From Squalus acanthias (lineage: Eukaryota): a stretch of 64,000 nucleotides of DNA. The notes under the pieces are model-generated. The model was not told where the DNA came from, made no database searches, and saw nothing but the letters and a program-made list of their open reading frames with translations. The DNA lies in contig CM059433.1 of assembly GCA_030390025.1 (NCBI GenBank), forward strand, positions 30,258,001 to 30,322,000, in the 5' to 3' direction. Shown here in pieces: positions 1 through 12,639 of the stretch. The translations under genes and the position numbers were made by a program. How positions within the stretch are numbered: the first letter of the stretch is position 1; each line of letters opens with the position of its first letter.

Positions 1-1294
1 CTGAGAAGGTGCAATACTGAGAGTGTGCAGTACTCTGAGGGCGCAGTACTGAAAGGGTGCCGTATTGAGAGGTTGCTGCATTGTTGAAGATGCCAACCTT
101 CAGTTGAGAAGTTGAATCAAGTCCCATTTGCCTGTGCACGTGGACGTTAAGGTTTCTACTGCACTACTTGAAGAGGAGGAATAGGTTAAGGAAATTAACT
201 GGTCATTCACCTTATGCCATGGGACATTACTGACTGCATAAGAACAGTGACGGCGTTCCATGAAGCCGTGAGATGTATCAGCAATGTGATAAGCAATGAT
301 ATCAGAACTGAGAGGTGATACCTATCAGGAAAGATTGAACAGGCTGGGGCTCCTTTCTCTAGAAAAGAGAAAGCTGAGGGGTGACCTGATAGAGGGCTTT
401 ACAAGTATGAAGGGGTTTGATAAGGTAGACGTAGAGAAGATGTTTCCACTTGTGGGGGGAGACCAAAACTAGGGACCATAAATATAAGATAGTCACTAAT
501 AAATCCAATAGGGAATTCAGGAGAAACTTCTTTACCCAGAGAGTGGACAGAATATGGCACTCACTACCACAATGAGCAGTTGAGGCGAACAGAATAGATG
601 CATTTAACGAGATGCTAAATAAACACATGAGAGAGAAAGGAACAGAAGGTTATGCTGATAGGAATGAGATGAAGTAGGGTGGGAGGAGGCTTGTGTGGAG
701 CATAAACACTGGCATGGAGCAGTTGGGCCAAATGGACCGTTTCTGTACTGTACATTCTACGTAATTCTATTTAATAAGGATTTATATGCAAGGTTTTCAT
801 GTAATTATTTAATACAGAAAATACAGTGGGACCATTGTATCAGCAAGGTAGGGGAGATGTTAAAAATATTTGGAACATTGGGACTTTGGATGTGAAGGAA
901 TACTCAGGTACTTGTGATTTGCTTTAACATTTGTGTAGAACAAGCAAATATGTCCAAACGTTCTGTGAAATGATGGCATGATTAAATAAGGCCACCTGCT
1001 TCCTGGCAACACTAACATGTCACCCCTGGATGAGTCACAGTTCCTTGCTGACATCTATAGCCACAGACAGAACAGTACTCATTTATTGTATTTGATGCTA
1101 TCCCTGTAAAAGCCGACTCAATCTATCAGCGTAATTTTTCACAGCGAAGGCAAATTGACTCACCTGTAAGCTTTACAATAAATAATGGACGCAACTAGAC
1201 ATGGGTCTGAACTATTACCACAGACAGCACGTGTCCCCATTGGAGAAAGGACAGTACTTCAAACATCATCAAATTTAAAAATAAAATCTGAGTA

Positions 1295-1656
1295 CAGGAA
1301 ACTCTTTATTAACCGGCACCCAAATATCCGGAAATCTCTCTTAACCGGCAAAATTCTTGAGTAGGTAACTGGGGTTTTCCTTCATCTCTCGTTTAAAATT
1401 AACTTTAAAAAAACCCCCGAAACGTTTGCCTTGTATCGGAGCGTGTAGATTGGGAGGGGAATGTGCAGCCCGGGTAGGCAGCGGACACGACAGATGGTCA
1501 GCTGGCGGTCCCCGGGGAGACGGAGCTCCGAATGCAGGCGCATGTCAATGTGTACGGGGCTCTCGTACGTTGGGAGATATAACTCTGTTATCCGGACTTT
1601 TTGATTAACCGGCACCACGCTGGTCCCGTCGGTGCCGGTTAATAAAGAGTTTCCTG
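1295..1656. mobile_element. Tc1/mariner-pogo-type MITE
   Basis: Perfect 26-bp TIR CAGGAAACTCTTTATTAACCGGCACC with TA target duplications. Confidence 0.9.
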
Positions 1657-2215
1657 TATCTTCTCTTAAAATAGCACAGGGATTCTGTGTTTCAAAATAA
1701 ATATTTTAATTACTAAATATGCAAGTTTATCAATCCATTTTCACTTGTAGCCTATTAGTCTGTACCACAAATACAATGATAGCTTACATTAGCGACAGAA
1801 CTCAAACACTTAAAGCAAAGCTAATTTTAATCAAAAGGTTAACAGCTTAATGCAGGGCTTTCTCTTTAGCTGAAATTAACTTATTTGTTTTGAAATGATT
1901 ACTGTAGAAGACCAATGAAAAAGATGAATTCAGCTACGATGTTAATTCAAAGTTGTTTTCTGCACTAAAAAAATGTTGAATTAGCCAGTAATTGAATGAA
2001 GCAATTTAAATAAAATAGCACATGGCATTCTGTGCTCAAAAGAAATTGATTCAAGGATTATTTCAAATTGAGCGACACTGAATTAAAATATGACTGTATA
2101 TGTAATAGTGGAGCTTCATATTTTAAAGAAGTAGGTTTTGATGAACGTTCAGTTGTAAATGACAAGCTTGCGTCTTAGTGTTAGATTTGATACCTGACAA
2201 TGCCATCATTGTAAT

Positions 2216-3414
2216 TCAGTTCTCATCCCCGCTTAGGATGTTGTACCCTTCTGTGTTATTAGTAAATAGGACCTGTCTCAGGTCCTTGAATATAAAAACA
2301 TCTTTAATTTGGCCCACCAATCCCTGAGTAAAAAGTCCAGCCGTGGCGCTCTTCACTTTCCTGGAGAGCTCGAAACCGCCGAAGTAGCAAATCCCCCCAT
2401 AATTCAAGGCAACGTATCTCTTCTGTAGGTCCAGGTCTTCGAAGAGTATCCTCTCGCCGTTGTGCTTGACGGTGATGATGGTCTGGTTTTGGTGAATGGA
2501 CACTAAGTGCCATCTATCGCAACACACTGAAGAATTTTTAAAGATGAAAGGCTGAGCGATTCTTTCCCCCAGGTTAACTGCGATCTTAAGGTGCCCGTTG
2601 GAGACACCAACAGCAAGATAATCGCTGTCTTCATCTTCAGCTCTTCCCATCCACAAAACCAGACCTTCCCTCTCGCTGGTGGTGAAGTTGAAAGAGATGG
2701 AGGTAAAGCGGAGATCTCTCTTCAGGTACAGCGGGTCGCTGTACTTGGCATAAGAGTTGCCAGAAAACCTTGTGATGAAAAGAGTGATTTGGTTTTCGCA
2801 GTAGACCCCTGCCCATCCCAGGGCACAAGCACAGCTGTACGAGGCGGAGGCGAGATTAGGAATACAAAGAGACCCCTGTTCACACAGATGGTTCAGGCAG
2901 AACACAGATATCTCACAATTGGTTCCAACCCACAGCGACGGGCAGGTACAGGAGAAATTATTTGCAAAGTCCAAGCTGCAGTTTCCCTTGTTTTCACATG
3001 TTTTATAACCACAGGCCGTCCCATCGCAATCACCAACGTTGCTTCCATCTTTGGCCCCGTTCTCGGTCAACTTGAGTTCAAAGTCATTGACCACGACTTC
3101 CCTGACGCAGCCATCAAAGCCCATGGGTTCATTCTCCACCGCCATCGCATCGACGTCATTCAGGCTGGGCACTCCACCCACAAAGAAACGGGTTGTGGTG
3201 TCCAAGGCTGTCATGCCAACACTGGACAGTCTGGTCACGTTGACTCCATCCAGTGTCAGGTACCCTCGATTTCCAGACCGACCCGCCTCAACAAAGTGCC
3301 AGGTTCTTCCACTTGTGTCCACTGGCTTGGCTGACTGCAAGACAACTGTGGTGTCTCCTAAGTTATAACGGAGCTGCACAAAGCCATGCGCCAGTGTAAT
3401 GCTGAGGAAGTCGC
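2216..3414 (-). CDS. EYS: EYS terminal coding exon (LamG, 2 EGF, C-terminal LamG)
   Basis: Translation GDFLSITLAHGFVQLRYNLGD...VALNYGGICYFGGFE...EGYNILSGDEN* closely resembles the vertebrate EYS C-terminus. Acceptor ttacag at 3420-3415; TGA at 2218-2216; phase matches the upstream exon. Confidence 0.96.
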
Positions 3415-3473
3415 CTGTAAGTACACAAAGAGATTGCATTTACAGATGAATGAGTGACTGCAGAGCACACTTT

Positions 3474-4153
3474 GGGGAAGAAATTCACTATCCCCCCGTT
3501 TGGGGCGCTAATTTTTTAAAGTTTGGAAAATTAACGCTAACGATTTAAAACTTTTTAAATATTTCCGTTTGCGCTCCAAGCGGAGCACTTCACTTCCTTC
3601 TTGGAGCGCAATCGGCAGCAGGCGGAGCGGAGACTTCAGCAGGGCTGCACACTGGGCCGTGCAGCGCTGCTGTGTTCAAAGGCTACTTCCCTCCCTTAAA
3701 GGGAAGGGCCATCGCTGCAGGCTCTGCAATAGAAAAAGTACCTACCTGGACCGCCAAGGCAGCCGCGATCCCGCGCGATCTGCCCGGCACTCGAACAACC
3801 AGCAAAAAAATCTGTAACAAGAAAGGTAATTTTCTTTTTAATTACCTTGGCCACCCCGCCTTTAATCATCGCCCCTGAAGCGGCCGGCCGCCCGATGCAC
3901 GCCTCCTGCAGCTGTCGGTGTTTTCGACCGGCGCTGCTGCAGGGTGCAGAAGTCAATTTCGGGTCCGGGGCGATGCGCACGGCGATGATGTCACGATCTC
4001 CGGGCGAAGGAGATCGGGACGCAACACCGAAGTGCCGCCGCAAAACTCCCAGTGAATATGGTGGGAGTCGATGTCAGCGCCACGCCTGGTCGCAAAGCCA
4101 TTTGCGCCCCGTTACCGCCCCCCTAATGGGAGGCGCAAAGGCACCCAATTTCA
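3474..4153 (+). mobile_element. Harbinger-like MITE, related subfamily, 60 bp from the acceptor of the last EYS exon
   Basis: Starts GGGGAAGAAATT followed by ccccgtttggggcgc; right arm aatttcgggtccggggcgatgcgc matches 12909-12935; a SINE fragment abuts the right end. Confidence 0.7.
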
Positions 4154-4759
4154 CTGGTACTGAGGGAGTGCTGCACTGTCGGAGGTGCCGTCTTTCAGAT
4201 GAGACGTTAAACCGGGGCCCCGTCTGCCCTCTCGGGTGGATGTAAAAGATCCCACGGCCACTATTTAGAAGAAGAGCAGGTCGAATGGAGCGAGAATAGC
4301 AGTGGGGATGCTGGCATTAGTCTCAGCAAACAAAACCCTCAGTCAAATAGTCTGTCTGAGTTTTAAACTGGCAGCCACCACACCAATCCCTGGACAGATC
4401 ATTTTTCATCAGACCAATGTTATGTGATCTTCCTTACTCACTGAATAAACTGTCCTCATAGTGGACCCTCTATATCCACAGTTTATTTATTCTGTTGAAG
4501 GGAAGGCCTTGTTTTATTCTTTTAAAAGCAGTTTTCGCCTGCTCCCTTTTCCTCTGGAATCCTGCACCTTGCCCCATCACTCTCCGACTTCTGCCAATGT
4601 AGTGTGAAACCAGCCACTAGAAGACTGAGGCTCGGGGCCATTCTCATTACTGGTCTTCCACCCTCTCTTATCATTCCCATTGAATTACCTTTATCACAAG
4701 CTGATCAATGAGCTGGTTTTCTATCTCATACGGAGCGAGGCTCCAGGCATAAACATTCT

Positions 4760-6796
4760 AGCCGGAATTCCTCCCTAAAAAAACGGGTGGGTTTGGAGCG
4801 TGGGGGCAGTTAAAGTGTTAAAAATGGGATTCCCGACCTGATCCCGCCTCCTACCCGCCCACTTGCAGTTTTTGCCGGAGGCGGGGTGGGGGGCGGGCGA
4901 CCAACCCGCTCCCAGGGGGCGTTAGCTCAATTTAAACATTGTAATGAGGCTGGAATCCTCTTTTTCCCCGTCCATTTTGTGAACGGGTTTCACACAATTC
5001 GTGAAACCCAGCAGTTAAACCGAGGCAGCGACTGCTGCATCCAGGAGGGAAGTGACTTTATACCTACCTCCTGGATCCAGGGTCCCTGCCTAACTCACCC
5101 CCTGCGATCGGAGACCCCCTCACGAGGCCTCCGACCGCATCCCCAGGCCTCATCCCCCCACCGCCCCCACCCCACCCCACTGATGATGCTGAGGCCGGCC
5201 ACAATGCTCCGGTGGTTGGCCCTGATCCACTCTCCCCTCCCCCTGCCAATCTCTGACCGACCCCCCCCAATCCCTGGCTGACGCAACAACCCCCCCACCC
5301 CGATCTCTAGCTGACACCACCCCCCGCGATCCCTGCCCCCTGCCGATGCTCTCTCCCCCCTCCCGATCCCCGACCCCTGCTGATGCTCTCTCCCCTTCCC
5401 AATCCCCGACACCTGCCGATGCTCTCTCCCTACTCCCGATCCCCAACCCCTGCCGATGCTCTCTCCCACTCCCGATCTCTGACCCCTGCCGATGCTCTCC
5501 CCTTTCCCGATCCCCGACCCCTGCCGATGCTCTCCCCTTTCCCGATCCCCGACCCCTGCCGATGCTCTCTCCCTACTCCCGATCCCCAACCCCTGCCAAT
5601 GCTCTCTCCCTACTCCCGATCCCCAACCCCTGCCGATGCTCTCCCCCCACTCCCGATCCCCGACCCCTGCCGATGCTCTCCCCCCATTCCCGATCTCTGA
5701 CCCCTGCCGATGCTCTCCCTACTCCCGATCCCCAACCCCTGCCGATGCTCTCCCCCCATTCCCGACCCCCGACCCCTGCCGATGCTCTCTCCCCACTCCC
5801 GATCTCCGACCCCTGCCGATGCTCTCTCCCACTCCTGATCCCCGACCCTTGCCGATGCTCTCCCCCCACTCCCGATCCCTGACCCCTGCCGATGCTCTCT
5901 CCCACTCCCGATCTCCGACCCCTGCCGATGCTCTCCCCCCACTCCCGATCCCTGACCTCTGCCGATGCTCTCTCCCCCCTCCCGATCCCCGACCCCTGCC
6001 GATGCTCTCTCCCCACTCCCAATCTCCGACCCCTGCCGATGCTCTCTCCCCACTCCCGATCTCCGACCCCTGCCGATGCTCTCTCCCCACTCCCGATCCC
6101 CAACCCCTGCCGATGCTCTCCCCCCATTCCCGACCCCCGACCCCTGCCGATGCTCTCTCCCCACTCCCGATCTCCGACCCCTGCCGATGCTCTCTCCCAC
6201 TCCTGATCCCCGACCCTTGCCGATGCTCTCCCCCCACTCCCGATCCCTGACCCCTGCCGATGCTCTCTCCCACTCCCGATCTCCGACCCCTGCCGATGCT
6301 CTCCCCCCACTCCCGATCCCTGACCTCTGCCGATGCTCTCTCCCCCCTCCCGATCCCCGACCCCTGCCGATGCTCTCTCCCCACTCCCAATCTCCGACCC
6401 CTGCCGATGCTCTCTCCCCACTCCCGATCTCCGACCCCTGCCGATGCTCTCTCCCCACTCCCGATCCCCAACCCTTGCCGATGCTCTCTCCCCCCTCCCG
6501 ATCCCCGACCCCTGCCGATGCTCTCTCCCCCCTCCCGATCCCTGACCCTTACCGATTGCCGATCCTCCTCCCGCAATCCCTCCCCCTGACCGGCCCCTCG
6601 CTTCTGAGGCCTACCCGCTCGTAGCCAGCCAGCCTCTCAATCTGGCTGGCTGCGGGCGGGAATCCAAGGCCTCACCTGCAAATCAGGCCCTGCTGTTAAA
6701 GTCGGCGGGGCCTGCGGGATACCCGGCCTCCCGGGTTTCCCGCCCACCTCGGAGGCCCCCCGTCCCCAACCCGCCTGCCTGGGCAAAATTCCGGCC
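4760..6796. mobile_element. GC-rich MITE-like element containing an expanded minisatellite
   Basis: Termini GCCGGAATT...AATTCCGGC; CpG-rich arms surround the array. Confidence 0.55.
5330..6550. repeat. 36-37-bp C-rich minisatellite, about 33 copies
   Basis: Unit about CCCCTGCCGATGCTCTCTCCCCACTCCCGATCCCCGA; rare variants recur at 368 bp. Confidence 0.95.
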
Positions 6797-6824
6797 TCCC
6801 AGTTTTTAGCATTGCCCCACACCA

Positions 6825-7360
6825 CAAAGTGAAGGAAGTTATGCTTCAGCTGTACAGAGCATTAATCAGACCCCATCTGGAGAACTGCATTCAGTTCTGG
6901 GTACCGAACCTCAGGAAGGATATACTGGCCTTGGAGGGGGTGCAGCAGATTCACCAGAATGATACCGTGGCTAAAAGAGTTAAATTATGAGAACAAACTT
7001 GGTTTGTATTCCCTTGAGTTTAGAAGGTTGAGGGGTGATCTAATCGAGGTATTTAAAATGATAAAGGGATTCGATAGGGTAGATGAAGAGAAACCATTTC
7101 CTCTGGTGGGGAAATCCAGAACAAGGGGGCAAAATCTTAAAATTAGAGCTCGGCCATTTAGGAGGCAAATCAGAAGCACGTCTTCACACAAAGGGGAGTA
7201 GAAATCTGCAACTCTCGCTCCCAAAATCTGTGGATGCCGGGGGCCAATTGAAACTTTCAAGACTGAGCTATCAATGGATATGGGGTTGAGTTGCAGATCA
7301 GCCATGATCTAATTGAATGGCACAACAGGCTCGAGTGGCTGCTCCTGTTCCTATGTTCCT
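6825..7360 (+). mobile_element. CR1-like LINE 3' end (representative; similar pieces at about 320-770, 8995-9300, 16755-17405, 20560-21000, 33035-33430, 34875-35265, 37975-38250, 40410-41280)
   Basis: LYSLEFRRLRGDLIEVFKMIKGFD C-terminal motif and a shared 3' tail. Confidence 0.85.
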
Positions 7361-10300
7361 GTGTTTCACACATTACAAGGCCCCTGAGGGAAGACCTGCG
7401 ATTTGATGGTATATTACAGCATGCCAACCCACAGAAGTGGAAACCATTTCCCCCAATACACTTCAGACTGTTGAAGGGTGCCACCTCAAAGTACATAAAG
7501 CTCTTGTAAATATTGGCAACTCAGTGTAATATTTCTGCCTCCCTATATTGGTGGGGATCACTGTGTGGATGATTGATACATCCCTAGTTCTCCTTACATT
7601 CCCATTTAATTACAGTGTCTCTGTAAACTACAATCCTGTCAATGACATGGTCTTGTCTGAGGGAGGCTCCATGCAATTTGAAACCAGAAATGGCACAGTG
7701 ATTAAAACTCATCCAATGTTGCCGATCTCACTTTCCTTTCGAATCTGCGCCAGCAAAACTTCATTCAAAATACATTTTTAGCTCAGTTGGGAGTGATTTT
7801 TCTGGATACCGCCTTAAATAGGTTTCCATCAGACTTGAGCTGCTGAACCCTCACCCTCCCCCCCAACATACAAACACTGCTGATGTCCCTCCTTGATTCA
7901 CCAAGAGGCACGTCAATCAGGGCACTTTGCGTTTTGCCCGTTTATTGTACACTGAATCTCCTGCTGAGCTGCCCTTGAACCTTGAACTCAGGCTCAGGGA
8001 TGGCCATCCAGGAACAAATGGCAATTTTTTGGGAAATTCCAAATTTTAACAAAAATGCTTATTTATTCCAGTCCGTTAACCTCTTCCAACTAAACTTGTT
8101 TTACCTGTTTGAATTCCTGGGGTTGCAGGCTAGATGGGGTGGGCTTGTTCCCTGCGCTACTGTTGGTGGATTTATGATAATATCTACGGCAGGAATAGAT
8201 GTACCAACAGAAAGAGGGTGAGAAGCAGTGGCCTCCAATCCTCCCCCTCTCCCGGCCTCGATGATAAAATTCTCATCCCTCCAAATCCAAAGAGAACCAA
8301 CTCCTAACCTCCCTCCTGGTGCTCTCTGTGACAATATTAAACTGATGACACCCTCATCACTGACTCTCTAACCAGACAATATCATCTTTCCGTAATCATC
8401 CAATCAAAAGCCCTTCATGATTTTATAAGCTTCGACTAAATCTCCTCCTAGCCTTCTCTGCTTCATTGGAAACAGTCCAAGTCGTTCCTTCTGAGGCTAC
8501 ATGAGCAAGAAATGTTCAGAACACACAGGGAGAGAGAGAGATAGAAGTTCAGTCAGAGAGAGCAAGAGATTGAGAGTTCAAAATTAAAATGAAAGTTTAG
8601 ATACAAGAGGGAGAGTTGTTAGACACTTGGAGATAGAAACAAGGAGAGCACAAAAGAAAGACTGACAGAAGGAGAGAGAGAGAAGTTCATGCACATAGTT
8701 GAGACAGGGTGAGGGAGAAGCCTAGGGAGATAAATGATGGTGATATTGGTTGAGGAATAAATATTGGCCAGGACCCTGGGAGAACTCCTGCTTTTCTTCA
8801 AATATTGCCATGGGGTTTTGGTTTAACATCACATCCAAAAGACGACACCTCCGACAGTGAAGCACGCTTTCAGTAACTGCACTGAAGTGTCAGCCTAGAT
8901 TATGTGCTTAAAACCACAACCATCTGTCTCAGACAGTGCTACCCACTGAGCCACAGCTGACACTTGGAACCACAAATACACGTAGGAAGGAACATCAGAA
9001 CCTCAAGCCTGTTCCGCCATTCAGTTAGATCATGGCTGATCTGTATCTTAGCTCCATTTACCCGCCTTGGTTCCGTATTCCTTACTACCCTCGACTAACA
9101 AAAATCTATCAATCTCGGTTGTGAAATTTTCAATTGACCCACAGCCTCAGCAGATTTTTGGGGGAGAGAGTTCCAGATTTCCACCACCCTTTGTGTGAAG
9201 AAGTGCTTCCTGGCATCACCCCTGAACGACCTGGCTCTAATTTTAAGGCTATGACCCCTTGTTCTGGACTCCTTGTTCTAGTTTCGATCTATCTACCCTA
9301 TTAAATCCACAGAGGGATATATATTTATATAAATAAAGACAACAATAGCCACACACATGGACAGGAATGGGGGATTGTTATTTTTCGGATAAACTTGTCA
9401 CATGTGGACGCACTTATAAAACATGAAAATAAAATCATTTTGCTCCAACGAAATGAATTGTGCCAACCCCTGAGTATTTTATTAGTGAGAGTGGAGCATC
9501 CATCATTTGAGCTGATGCAAACAATTTGATTGTGAAATGAAAGCAGATTACACAGCCTGTCCTGTACCTGCATAAATGCTCAGGGCCGCTAAACTCTGCT
9601 CTTCCGCAGTCCAAAAGCCGAGGATATTTTTAAATCAGAGATTAGATGGGCGGGAGGGGAGAAAGAGATTGAAAAATAAATAATGCAACGTCACGGGCCA
9701 GAGGGCAACATCAATCATCCAAACCGTACAATGGCCTTGGTAGAAGGCCAGTATGTTTGGTGTGTTGTGACTGCAGGACCTATTTTGCTATGGGCTGGAA
9801 TGCAACTTAATAGACAAACAGCAGGGCAGTTACTGGAGTGTCCTACTGATTAAACAGGGTTGTCAACCCTCCAGGATTGCCCTGGAGTCTCCAGGAATTA
9901 AAGATTCACCTCCAGGACACTGCTGCAAGCCATCTCGGGGAGAAAAATCACAAGGGCATTAAAAAAAAGTGTGTTTCTTTCATTTTCTTTGAGCAATTTT
10001 ATTTATTAGTTGTAAAAATTTTCAGACAGGAAACCTGGAAGTATTATCTCCTGGATTGCAATAATTTGACCCTGTGCTGCCTTGGAATCCAGAGCCCCTA
10101 CAACCATTAGCAGCACTTGGTACAACTCTGGCCTCTTGTGCAGCCCTGATTTCCTTCGCTCCACCACTGGCGGCCGTGCTTTGAGCTGCCTAGGCCCTAA
10201 GCTCAGGAATTCCCTCCCTAAACACCTCCCCGTCTCTCCACCTCTCTCTCCTCCTTTATGAGGCTCGTGTGGAGTTTCTGTGCTGTAAATACTTTGTAAC

Positions 10301-10599
10301 ACTATGTAAGCTCCTAGGAGGAAAAATTCGGTCTCGACCATTTTGGGGCGCTAACATCGGCCGGCCGCAAACTGTAGCGCTTGGTGCAAATTATCGCCGC
10401 CGACAGCGAAATTCAACTCCAGCACCCCTGGAGGTGATTGGAGTGCTAAATCAAGCGCTACACACTTCTCTTAGGGAGCTAACATTGGGGAACAGGGAAC
10501 TACCTCAGAGCGCTACTCAAGCTCAGGTGGTGTCAATTTCCTAGTACTCAGACAGACTGGCGCCTTCCAATTCTTAAAGGGGAGGTTCAATCATGCTGC

Positions 10600-10761
10600 A
10601 CAGCCTCACCCTGATCATTGCAGCCTCACCCTGATCATTGCAGCCTCACCCTGATCATTGCAGCCTCACCCTGATCATTGCAGTCTCACCCTGATCATTG
10701 TAGTCTCACCCTGATCATTGCAGCCTCACCCTGATCATTGCAGCCTCACCCTGATCATTGC
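10600..10761. repeat. 20-bp tandem repeat, about 8 copies (GCAGCCTCACCCTGATCATT)
   Basis: Directly visible, upstream of the Myb/SANT ATG. Confidence 0.95.
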
Positions 10762-10812
10762 TGTTTGTGACCTGGGCCTGCAAGGAGGCGCAAATCTTGA
10801 ACCAGGAATCTC

Positions 10813-12639
10813 ATGGCTGCTCAGAGGCCCAGGGAGAGAGCTCTCTGGTTCAGCGACCAGGCATTGGAGGCTCTGGTTGTGGCTGTGGAACGCCAACGGG
10901 CAGTGCTGTTCCCAGACACTGGCAGGAGGCCATTGCCCCGGGGGTTCACAAGGATGTGGAGGGAGGTGGCCCAGTATGTCTCATCCAGAAGCTTGGTCCA
11001 AAGGACTCACACCCACTGCCGCAAGAAGTTCAACGACCTCACTCGGGTGGTCAGGGTGAGTAGATGCTTGAAATACCTCTACATCCCACCATCTCAACCT
11101 CACTCTGAGCACAGACGGTATAAACTGCCAAATTCCCAACACTCACCCAACAACTATGCCCATCCATTAAAAGTCACATCCACATCTCATACCTTGCAGA
11201 TATTAATGGCTATTCAACTATGGTAGGCACATCTGCCAAACACATGGCTGCACACTCACTCACACGCTGTCCTTTTTCTTGCAGGCCAAGCTAGCTCATA
11301 ACAGGAGGGAGCAGCTATGCACAGGAGGAGGACAGGCAGAGCTGCACCCCCTCACACAGCTGGAGGAGTGAGTGCACAGAATCATCGTGAGCCATGCTGT
11401 GGGCGCTGTGGCAGTCGGAGAGGTCAACCCCCTTGGGGATAGCAACGGTATGTTCATCATCTCCTCTCCTCTCTCATACCACTTCCCCCTCACAACACGA
11501 GCCTTTTCCACTTTCCATCTAACTATACTGTCTCCATTCCTTGCTCCCTTCCTGCCCCCCACACCTCACGTTAAAGCCACTCTTGTGCCTTCTTGCTTTC
11601 AGATACTGAGCCACCATCTGAACAGCCTGTCCCTCAGCCTCCCAGTGGCAGCAACGTGGGAGAGGATCAGGAACACCAAGCCGGAGCCTCACTGCCTGCG
11701 TCTCCCGAGGGCGACACATTGGATACTGGGGCCACACGGTCACTGGAGGGGAGCAGAGGAATTGGCTCTGATGTGGGTGAAGCTCCAGGACCCAGCGGGC
11801 TGCAGCAACGCTATGGGGGAAGGGAAGCTCGGGGGCCATCTCCCCGGAGGAAGAGTGCGCGCACGAGTTCTGCTGCACAGGACTTGGATGAGGACCTCAA
11901 TATCGCGGCGATGAACACACAGGCGATGAGCATGCATACTGAGCTCATGGTTGCAATGGCAAGGTTGTCCGAGAGCATGGAAGCACTGGCTAGGAGTGTG
12001 GAGGAGTCCACCGCTAGCACAGCTGTCATCTGTGCGCAAACCCTCGATCCCATCCTTGCCTCATTGCAGAGGATGGTTGACTTGCAGAGAGACCGTGGGA
12101 ACCCAGACCCCATGCCGCGTGTAATGGGTGAGGTGGCAGCATCTATTGCAGCACAGACCGAGGCAAGACAACAGCTTAGTGCTGGAATCGAGTCATTGGT
12201 TGGTGCCATCCAATCTCAGACTGCTTTGATGCAGTCTCAGATTGATGCCACGCAAGCGCTGACTGCTGCCATCGTAGTTGGGGCGACCACAGTCCACCGG
12301 GGCTCTCACGGTGCCGCAGCAGGCCAGCAATCTGTGCTCGAGCAGATTGCTCCGGATGCTGAGGTTCTGCCCCAGGGGAGTGGCAGTGTGTTGGTCGAGC
12401 AGGAAGGTGCTGTCCTCTCTCAGGATGACAGCATTCCTGCTCCCACCACTGCCACTCCGCCATTGCACTTGCCACAGCCTGTAACCCAGCCAGCCCAGAC
12501 TGCTGCTGCCCATGCAGTTTTGGTGCAGTCTGCAGCTGGGCCCTCCAGGCCCAGAGCTGGTCGAGGGCGTCCTTCAACTCCGCTGCCTCCGACGGTGAAG
12601 CTGGAGGGCGCGGCCCCGTGCCAGTACAGCCCCCATTAA
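10813..12639 (+). pseudogene. Harbinger Myb/SANT-like DNA-binding gene, 3 exons (10813-11055, 11285-11447, 11603-12639), premature TGA at 11369
   Basis: Exon 1 FSDQALEALV..W.EVA..V...RT...CRKKFNDL; exon 2 NRREQLCTGGG; canonical GT/AG sites keep the frame; the TGA probably arose from CGA. Confidence 0.82.

Noticed and set aside
2591..3368. Plus-strand ORFs of 247 and 109 aa
   Set aside because: Antisense shadows of the last EYS exon.
3415..3439. ATG start of the 407-aa ORF
   Set aside because: Intronic; the exon begins at the acceptor (3414).
5064..6624. Many long overlapping ORFs on both strands
   Set aside because: Artefacts of the stop-poor 36-37-bp minisatellite.
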